The notes beneath the pieces are model-generated. The model was not told where the DNA came from. It did not search any database and worked only from the letters and a program-made list of their open reading frames with translations. A stretch of DNA of 64,000 nucleotides, from positions 44,206,001 to 44,270,000 of the forward strand of contig OZ024743.1 in the NCBI GenBank assembly GCA_964016885.1. Direction: 5' to 3'. Below are positions 54,467 through 64,000 of this stretch, piece by piece (the first letter of the stretch is position 1; every line of letters starts with the position of its first letter). The DNA comes from Eledone cirrhosa (lineage: Eukaryota). A program made the position numbers and the translations under genes.

Positions 54467-55672
54467 CGAGTATCCTGGTATTTCAGGCTTTTCCCTAAAA
54501 AAGGAATGTAGTTTTGTGTGTGATTATATTTTGTTGGTCTGTTGCGTGTGGGTCTGTAGCTTGTTGTTTCATGAGGGTGAATGTGATGGTGGGGGTGGTA
54601 TGTGTTGTGGTTGTTGATGAGCAAGGGTTCTGTTGTTGGTTCATGTGGTCTGGGTGCGTTATTTCTGTGGTACAGAGTGTTGAGGCTGGGGGGTTGTCTT
54701 TTGTTGGATTGAGGGTGATGTCTGGTGTGGTTGTGGGTAAGTTCTGTTGTGATTTCAAGTGGCCTGGGTGGATTTCTTCTGAGGAATGTGGTGTGTGTGT
54801 TGTGAGTTGGATCTATGTTATTTCGTCGTTGGTTTATGTAGGGGGCATTTCTACGGAAACCTGTGTTGTGGTGGTTGGGTGTGTTTCTTTTGGTGTAGTT
54901 GGCCGTATTTGGTTTGTGTTGGTGGGGGATATGCCTGTGGTTAGTGTGTGTTGGGTTTGGTGGTGTAAATGTGTCTGTTGTAGTTCTTGTTATGTTCAAA
55001 TGCTTTATAAAGGGGTTACCTGTTTGGTGCGTCCTTTTAAAGTCTTCTTCATATTTGAGGAACCAGTTTTCGGATTTTTCCCACCGTTTAAGGGAAATAG
55101 TTTCTGCATTCTCGCAGTCCTGTTTCCACGATTTGATTAAATTTTGTAGGGTTGTTCCCTCGGCCTTTTTAGTGCATTCTTCCTCCATATTTTTATCAGT
55201 ATCCTTATACTCTTGCTCGTTTGAGGTGGCCCTTAATTTTAGGAGTTCTATTTCCATGTTTATCCTGTTGAGTGACATTTGTTCACGGAGTTTTCTTTCT
55301 GGTTCAGGTTCGTTTGTAATATGCTTTATTTGGAATTTACGTGGTAAAACTATCGGTGTTGAGTTAATCCATTTTTGGTAAATTCCAGCTTTGTTGAGGT
55401 TTTTTATCATATTCCAGAAAGTGAATTTTCTGGTTTTTAGATGTTTTTTCCAGAGGTGTCCCATTTGGTTTTTGATATGGAGCAATGTCGTTTGTTCTGT
55501 GTTGGTATTCATAAGTTTTTCGATGGAGTTGCATACGTTTTGAACGTTTAAATAAATTTGGTTGTCAGTCGGTGTGGTGGTTTGGGGTATATCCTGTTTT
55601 TTTGTCAGAATGGTGAGTTTTCCATTTATCTCTTTTAGGATTTTCAGGATTTCCTCATTGATATTGGAGTTT
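54436..55672 (-). CDS. PLE ORF1, coiled-coil/helical protein with a low-complexity H/T/N/P/R tail, 5'-truncated
   Basis: ~410 open codons with heptad-like segments ([27 protein letters not shown]); the upstream part of the track ORF is only the inverted pLTR microsatellite. Confidence 0.75.
54496..54502 (-). promoter_or_regulatory. Putative -1 ribosomal frameshift slippery site T TTT TTA
   Basis: In ORF1 frame CCT TTT TTA GGG; the -1 frame is open into ORF2; CCTG-AAATAC-CAGG hairpin lies 8 nt downstream. Confidence 0.65.
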
Positions 55673-56084
55673 CTGCACGTGCACACACGTATGTCTATAT
55701 ATATATGCGCACACAGAATTATTTTAATTTCACTGCCCCAACTTCTTATATTATGGAAAAAATATATGTGTCTGTATGTATATATATATATATATATATT
55801 TGAAGGCCATTTCTCTGTGTGTGGGTGTATGTATGTGTGTGTGTGTGTGTGTGAGTATGTGTGTGCATGTGGATGTATGTATTGTGTGTGCGTGTGTGTG
55901 TGTGTGTGTGTATGTATGTGGGTATCTGGATGTATGCGTATGTGTATATATATATAAATGCATGTGTGTGTGTGTGTGTGTATATATATGTGTGTGTATG
56001 TGTGTATATATATGTGTGTGTGTGTGTGTGTGTATGTTTGTATGTGTGTATGTATATATATATGTGTGTGTGTATGTATGTGTG

Positions 56085-56185
<101 letters not shown>

Positions 56186-56216
56186 GTGTATCTGGATGTA
56201 TGTGTATGTATATATA

Positions 56217-56271
<55 letters not shown>

Positions 56272-56340
56272 ATGTGTATATATATGTGTGTGTGTGTGTA
56301 TGTGTGTATGTATATGTATGTGTGTGTGTATGTATGTGTG

Positions 56341-56397
<57 letters not shown>

Positions 56398-56668
56398 GTA
56401 TGTGTATGTATGTGTGGATGAAGGTATGTGTGTGTATATTGCTTCCACCCCCTCACTGACCAGCAGCTGGCTATTGCTAAATCTGACCTTTATAAAATAA
56501 CCCACACCCCAAATAACTTCTCATTCACTACCAGAAAGGGACACAGCAGTCAACCTGTTGTTGCTACCTAGATGAAAACTGCTATGAAATCCCACAATGA
56601 ATTTTATACTTGAATTTTCAAGTCTCAAATTTTAACTCTTCGTATTATTAATTTTTCTTAATATTAAT

Positions 56669-56716
56669 CAACATTTGAAAAGATGGCTTTTGCAGACCCA
56701 TCGAAACCGGTCATTT
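56669..56716 (+). ncRNA. Minimal HHR, U3-A8 core, in the inverted 5' pLTR
   Basis: Mirror copy of 51012-51059. Confidence 0.8.
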
Positions 56717-56816
56717 TTTATACCCTTTATTATTTCCTTACCTTATAAAATTATGTTTTTTCACAAAAAAGTATTCTGTCTCTTATATATTCCATGTGCC
56801 ATTACCAACCTCAATT

Positions 56817-56872
<56 letters not shown>

Positions 56873-57011
56873 GTGTGTATGCATGTATATATATATATAT
56901 ATGTATAAATATTTCATATCTCCAAAGAAATACGATTTTAGGAAGCCGTAGCTATGCATACACCGGGGGGCTAACCCCCTCTGGTGATCTCCAATAGAAG
57001 CAAGGGGTATA

Positions 57012-57055
57012 ACCATCTATGCATTTCAGGCTTAACTGGCCATCGTCAGGACGGT
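57012..57055 (-). ncRNA. Minimal type-I HHR
   Basis: ACCGTC-CTGACGA-TGGC..GCCT-GAAA-TGCA-TA-GATGGT. Confidence 0.85.
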
Positions 57056-57495
57056 CCCTCCCACCGCTTACGACTGCTGGACTTGTAGAAAGCTATGCTT
57101 GAAGTGAAATCCTATTTCTTTTCTATTATAATTTGAGCTAACTTATGCAGCTTTATATGCAAATGAGATTAGTCACCTCATTTACACAGACGAGAAAACT
57201 ATATATTCTCTCTTGTCTTCTAGTCCAGCAGTCACAAGCAGTGGGAGGGCGTTCGCTCCCCGTGGTGTATGCATAGCTACGGCTTCCTAAAACCGTATTT
57301 GTTTGGAGATACGTAATATTTATACATATTCTATAAAGCTATGGTTGAAGCGAAATCCTATTTCTTTTCTATCATAAATTGAGCCAACGTATGCAGCTTC
57401 ATATGCAAATGAAATTAATCACCTCATTTACATAGACGGGAAAACTATATATTCTCGCCTGTCTTCTAGTCCAGCTTTCGCAAGCGGTGGGATGG

Positions 57496-57539
57496 ACCGC
57501 CCTGACGATGGCCAGTTAAGCCTGAAATGCATAGACGGT
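57496..57539 (+). ncRNA. Minimal type-I HHR
   Basis: ACCGCC-CTGACGA-TGGC-CAGTTAA-GCCT-GAAA-TGCA-TA-GACGGT. Confidence 0.8.
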
Positions 57540-58635
57540 TGTCCCTCTTGCTTTTACTGGACATCACCAGAGGGCGTTAGCCCCCGTTGTATGCATAGCT
57601 ACGGCTTCCTAAAACCGTATTTCTTTGGAGATACGAAATATTTATACATATTGTATAAACCTTTTACTTGAAGCCAAATCCTATTTCTTTTCTATATATA
57701 TATATATATTAATTTGACAAAATTCCCAAAACTGTGTTTTTACCAATCATATTTTAGATGCGTGTTAAAAATGTGTGTACGTTCCAGCGGAATCTATTTT
57801 CCATTTTCTCAAATTATTATTTTTAATGTGTGCGCTTATGAATCGCTATGTTTGCTTATAAATATTTTATTTATTTCCATCATATTATATATGATGTATG
57901 TTAAGCAATCACATAAGGCTAGTTCCCTACAGGTTGATTGTTTTGATACATGAAAATTCTATCACCAACGTTTAAATCCACACCATCTATACCCAGATGC
58001 CCAGTGGCGAATTTTTCTGCAACTTCTAATGTAAAAGCTGACAGCTTTATCAGTCTATCTCAGTGTGTCACACAATGAATGCGATTAACTATATAGAAAT
58101 ATTATAAAGAATTTTTCTTTTATGCCAATATCTCGCGTCTAGCTTACTAATATCAAAGAATTTGAAGAGACGAGAAGAACATTCCGTAGAATTAGATTGT
58201 TTAGTCAATGATTCTGCTTCAAGTCATATTTATGCAGAATCAGATTGTTCCACACATACTTAAATACATCAATAAGCTTGGCACATTTTCATGGTATACA
58301 TCTCGTTGAATTATATTTGACATATCGACTGGAAATACATTCCCTGTCAATTTATGTATAACACTCCATAATATATAATGATTTTGAAAATTTGTAGAAA
58401 CAGTTTGAGATACTTAAATTCTATCGTAATGACGCTATTAGCAAACGATCAAAATTCAATTTCCAAAGATCATATTTGAAATTCCCAAGATGTATGTTAT
58501 ACTTATCAGAATTTTGCATTTCAATGAATAATGAAATACTGTTCGTTCGATACCGAAAATATATGAAAGTGAATTCCTTAATATTTCTGAACTTGCATAT
58601 TTGTCTGTGAAATAGTACACACACGTACACACACA

Positions 58636-58717
<82 letters not shown>

Positions 58718-59434
58718 CACGCACACACACACACACACACACACTCATTACATACATACATACATACATATACAGATACAAACACATACACAGGCACACA
58801 AAAAACAAATAAATGAAACATGAGCAAAATAAATAAAATTCATGCAGCACGTCCATGCATTCGCTACAACTCTGCAGAGCAGCCCTGAAGGGTGAACAGA
58901 CAACATAGGGTAGGTGTGAACAACGAGAATGTATAAGAACCTGTAGTCATCCATAACGTCAGATACCTAACTTTAAGGGATCAATTAAATAAATGTAATC
59001 ATTATCTATTTGATAAATAAAACTGAAAATACCACCTGAGCTGGTATTTGATAGGCAGTAACACCGTCCCGAATTACTACAAATTCTTCATATTTTGATC
59101 ATTAATTTACAAAAATATTTCGTTTCGTAGTTTTTAGTACAACTTGTAATAAGCAACAATCTCCAAAGTACGGAAATAAATTCATTCTTCTATACGATAT
59201 TCTTTGTTGTTTTCTTTCTTTAACAGAGCTATTATAAAAGAAATGCAGGAGTTATTCAGTCTTCTAGAGAAACAAATTCAGTAATAATCATATGTTATAT
59301 ATTTGGACTAATGGCAACATTTTCCAAATCAAAATATTATTATCTTCCACACACACAGAAACACACGCGCACTCACATGCATACATACACACTCACACAC
59401 ATATACACACACATGTGTATATATAAATATATAA

Positions 59435-59483
59435 GCTTCCTGATGATTTCTCCCGAATGAAATAGTTCAAGTCATGTAGAAGC
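59435..59483 (+). ncRNA. HHR (family G pLTR), stem III eroded
   Basis: GCTTC-CTGATGA-TTTC..GAAT-GAAA...TA-GAAGC. Confidence 0.65.
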
Positions 59484-59569
59484 CTTTTCTATATTAAATA
59501 TTATTTATACTCTACTTTGTATTGAGTACCTTACTTACTGTGGTTACCCCCGATTGAACCCTGGATAAA

Positions 59570-59605
<36 letters not shown>

Positions 59606-59609
<4 letters not shown>

Positions 59610-59885
59610 TAGGTATACGTACATACATATATGTATACAGACATACAGTTGTATGTATATAGATACATACATGCACACATATATATATGTAAGTATGGGT
59701 TTACCGAACATTTATTATAATAAATGTTTGGTAATCCCATACGTTCATATATATATGTGAGTATGTATGTATCTATATACATACTACTGTACGTCTGTAT
59801 ACATATATGTATGTACGTATACCTACTTATATTCAAGTATCAGCCGTACTAAGAGAGAGAAATGAAATTTCATTTTTTCCATTTA
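59606..59885. repeat. Palindrome (~112-bp arms) plus ~55-nt tail in (TA)n
   Basis: Centre AACATTTATTATAATAAATGTT at ~59717. Confidence 0.7.
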
Positions 59886-59915
59886 TATATATATATATAT
59901 ATATACCCCCCCCCC

Positions 59916-59958
<43 letters not shown>

Positions 59959-59968
59959 TTGTGTGTGT

Positions 59969-60604
59969 GTGTCAAATTATGAAATAAGAGGAAATAATTG
60001 TTTCTACTTTAGGCACAAGGCCAGCAATTACCCAGTGCATTACTGCTACTTTATTTTATCGACCCCGTAAGGATGAAAGGCAAAGTCAACCTCGGCGGGA
60101 TTTGAACTCAGATCGTAAAGGGACGTAACTCTGCTGTAAAGCATGGCGTCCGACCCTCTACCGATACTGCCAATCCACCGAGGAAATAATAGACACAGAT
60201 ATATACTTATTCTTTCTTCAAAGTCCTGACTTTACAGTTTCGCTGTTCCATATGCAACAAATGTACGTTATAGATATGGACCATCATTGTGACGCCAATC
60301 AGTTTGTGAAGGAACACCTCAGAGAAAAGGGACTGCTTCATTGTAGCAAGTGAAAATACATGAGAATGCGGGGGGAGAAATTAATACATGATACAGAGGT
60401 CACAGGCGAGTTGTAAGGTAGACAGAATGTGACTATCGACATTCTGAAGAACAGTCATTTTCTTGAGGTGTTCCTTGACAATCTGATTGGCCTCACAACG
60501 ATGGTGCTTATCTGTAATGTACAATTGTTGCATACGGATCAACGAGACTGTACAGTCGGAACTATAGTCGTGTCTATTATTTCCTCTTATTTTATAATTT
60601 GACA
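59969..60604. repeat. Old diverged inverted repeat (MITE- or pLTR-like) with a SINE in the left arm
   Basis: 59969-60340 is inverted against 60445-60604; SINE at 59994-60180 (-) has TSD GAGGAAATAAT. Confidence 0.65.
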
Positions 60605-60867
60605 TATAGCTCTGATTATCGAGTCAATTTATTATTTGATTATTTTAGCTCTTTCGATCATCGAGCCAAACTGGTTAAGGTTGACAGCACACACACACGC
60701 ATACACGTGAAAAATATGTATATATGTTTGTATATGTGTGTATCTTATTCTATATATATATATATATATATATAAATATATATATATATATTTAGATGTA
60801 TTAAAATATCGGATTAAAGTTTAAGCAAAGAATCTCTTTGGATTTTAGTCTTCAAATTTATTATTAA

Positions 60868-60905
<38 letters not shown>

Positions 60906-60917
60906 TTAATATAGATG

Positions 60918-60968
60918 AGATTCTACAGGACTAGAACTGTTTCATTCATTAGAAATCATCAGGAATCT
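60918..60968 (-). ncRNA. Type-I HHR (family G pLTR)
   Basis: AGATTC-CTGATGA-TTTC-TAAT-GAAT-GAAA-CAG-TTCTAGTC-CTG-TA-GAATCT. Confidence 0.8.
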
Positions 60969-61642
60969 GGGTATCAAAAAATAAATATGGTATTTATAGG
61001 TCTCTACAAGTGGTAGGAGAGGGTGGGGAGTGGGATGGGTGTAGGTCATTGGTTGATAGAAAAGGGAATTCATTAAAAGCTAATTCTACAAAGCTATAGT
61101 TAATTTTTATTTTTATTTATATTTATTTATGTTTTTAGAGTAACAAAGGCAGACAGAATTCTATAAACAGGTTCCGGATGGCATACCATTCCTTGTCAAT
61201 AAGTTTCTCTTAAGCTAACAGATGTCTATAAAATCAGTGGGGTTTCAGTCATGCTCGATAGAATTAAAGAAAAGGGAGATTCTTTAAAAGCTAAAGTCAT
61301 TAAGGTTCTACTAAGTGACAAAGGTCTAGAGAATTCTGCAGACAGATTCAAAATACTGAGTGCATATCTTACTATTATCTTCGAACTTCTCTTGAACTAA
61401 GCAACAATATGCCAAAAATCAACAGACACATTCACAAAAAACAAAAAAACACACATACTCACTCACACACTTACGCGCAACCATAAACACACACACAAAC
61501 ACATATACACACATAAAAACACACACACATATATAAAAAAATATATAAATATATATAAATATATATTCATGTACACACACATACATACACACATACATAC
61601 ATACATACATATATAATACATATACACATATACATACACACA

Positions 61643-61714
<72 letters not shown>

Positions 61715-61757
61715 CATATATATATATATATATACACACATACACACACACACACAA

Positions 61758-61838
<81 letters not shown>

Positions 61839-61997
61839 GATACACACACACATACACATACATACACACACACACACATATATACACAAATAAATACACT
61901 CGCACGCATACATACAAACACGAGTATACATATGTATAAATATCTATACACACACATATACACACATATATATATATATATATATACATATATATAC

Positions 61998-62034
<37 letters not shown>

Positions 62035-62333
62035 TCTATACACACACATACATATACATATATATATATATCCATACATACACAAACATACACATACATA
62101 CACAGACCTATACATAAATATACACATATATATACAGACATATAACGCACATATACACACACATATACATACACACACACATATATATATATATTTATAT
62201 ATATATATATATATATATACATATATATACATATACTCACATATATATATATATATACACACACGCGCATACACACATACACACACCCACACACAAAATA
62301 TATATACACACATATATACATATATATACATAC

Positions 62334-62384
<51 letters not shown>

Positions 62385-62540
62385 TATATACATATATATA
62401 TACATATATACATACATACATACATATACACACATATATATACATATACACACACAAATACACACACATACACACATATATACATATACATACACACATA
62501 CACATACATATACACATATATATGCACACACATATACACA

Positions 62541-63242
62541 CATCGAAACTAGTCCAAGATTCCTGTCTGGCCCTCTGGAGAATAGAGGAAATGTGTTTCC
62601 TTGAAAACTCGCATGACTCTAAAACCCGGTCCGCCTGTGTGGTTACATACAGACTAGCTGACACTCACTGTAAAGTGTCTAGTGAAAAGCTGAGTACATG
62701 TACATATGTATACATGTGTGTATTTATATGCATACTAATACTTCCGTATACATATGTAGATGTACACTTTAACTTAATTGTTTAAGCGTCAGTCATACAA
62801 AAGTGAGTTAGAAGCGAAACGAAATTTAATTTCGTTTCGTTATTTGTTTTTATCGTTTCCGCTGAACCGGTGCGTACAATGACTCACGTTCTATTCAAAT
62901 TAGTCTACCCACTACTAATTTTCATAGAAAAAGCATATAACGATATGTGCTTTTACAATTCTCCAGAGAAGCCGGAAGATGGGTAAATATTGCTGATGAG
63001 ATGTAATAACATCGAAACTAGTCCAATATTCCTGTCTGGCCCTCTGGAGAATAGAGGAAATGTGTTTCCTTGAAAACTCGTATGACTCTAAAACCCGGTC
63101 CGCCTGTGTGGTTACATACAGAGTAGCTGACACTCACTGTAAAGTGTCTAGTGAAAAGCTGAGTACATGTACATATGTATACATGTGTGTATTTATATGC
63201 ATACTAATACTTCCGTATACATATGTAGATGTACACTTTAAC

Positions 63243-63248
<6 letters not shown>
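62541..63248 (+). mobile_element. Retrozyme-like partial tandem (469-bp period, ~1.5 units)
   Basis: 62541-62779 is repeated almost identically at 63010-63248; non-coding; contains an HHR; flanked by microsatellite. Confidence 0.75.
62986..63030 (+). ncRNA. Minimal type-I HHR, perfect consensus
   Basis: AATATTG-CTGATGA-GATGT-AATA-ACATC-GAAA-CTAG-TC-CAATATT. Confidence 0.9.
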
Positions 63249-63299
<51 letters not shown>

Positions 63300-63381
63300 C
63301 ATACATACATACATATACACAAACACATACATACATATACCTACATAAATATACACACATAAAACACATATACACACAAAC

Positions 63382-63486
<105 letters not shown>

Positions 63487-63703
63487 TACACATATACACA
63501 TATACAAACAAATATATACACATACAAGTAAATAGGTACTCAATAAATATACGCATATACACAGGCACATAAAGACACCTCTACAGGCAGAAAATGTAGA
63601 TACGAAAGAGGTACTCACATGACCATAGTGGCCGTATTTCAGGTTGAGGAGGGGTGGGGTAGGGTGGGGAGGAGGTATAGGGGCCAATAGGGGGAGGTCG
63701 TTT

Positions 63704-64000
63704 TTAGCCATCGGGCTTTAACACTGGCTTAAAGTGTTTGAATGTTGCAAATTTCTTGTGCATGCAGTTCGGGCCGTGTTCAGAGAGTTTGTTCAGTAGC
63801 GGGCCCTTGGCGAATAAAATTTCGTAGCTCTCTGAAATACAAAGGTCGCAGCCCTTGTGTCCTCCGTTGTAAGAGCGCGCTTTCTGGAGTATTTTCCAAT
63901 TAAGCGTGAAGGGGGTGGAGTTCCTTTTGAGGTCCCAAACGTAGGAGGCGAGTGTTGTTTGATTTGATTTATCCGGTCTTCTGAAGGAGTGGGTATGGGC
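63704..64000 (-). CDS. Naiad-clade PLE GIY-YIG C-terminus (runs off the window)
   Basis: Hand translation gives 99 open codons: [53 protein letters not shown]. Confidence 0.85.
   Translation of the reverse strand, partial: AHTHSFRRPDKSNQTTLASYVWDLKRNSTPFTLNWKILQKARSYNGGHKGCDLCISESYEILFAKGPLLNKLSEHGPNCMHKKFATFKHFKPVLKPDG

Larger units (their letters stand above)
56903..57693. mobile_element. Retrozyme-like tandem element (family F, ~322-bp unit) with inverted partial copy
   Basis: Unit starts recur at ~57088, 57335 and 57657; the first unit has the HHR region deleted; inverted copy at 56903-57082. Confidence 0.75.

Overview
AT-rich, microsatellite-saturated animal genomic DNA. The SINE and (TA)n/(CA)n content suggest a cephalopod (Octopus-like); this is an inference. 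No host gene is confidently identified; a few candidate minus-strand exons lie at 13-18 kb. The window is dominated by retroelements. (i) Non-LTR fragments: Tx1/L1, R4/Dong stacked in (TAA)n, RTE and CR1/L2. (ii) About 15 tRNA-derived SINE copies. (iii) A dense community of Penelope-like elements (PLEs; Neptune-, Naiad- and Nematis-like GIY-YIG types) and their non-coding derivatives, almost all inserted in (TA)n as inverted pseudo-LTR pairs with a one-sided 3' tail. Many carry minimal type-I hammerhead ribozymes (HHRs) that can be read by eye, several with a compensatory U3-A8 core. Highlights: an apparently intact Neptune PLE (50871-56820) whose coiled-coil ORF1 overlaps the RT-GIY-YIG ORF in the -1 frame at a U UUU UUA slippery site; retrozyme-like HHR tandem units (56.9-57.7 kb, with octamer/PSE/TATA-like motifs, and 62.5-63.2 kb); a tandem unit containing a tRNA cloverleaf with PLE-type insertion geometry (28.7-29.3 kb); and foldback duplications that extend beyond element ends into flanking DNA. 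Most ORFs in the supplied track are microsatellite artefacts.
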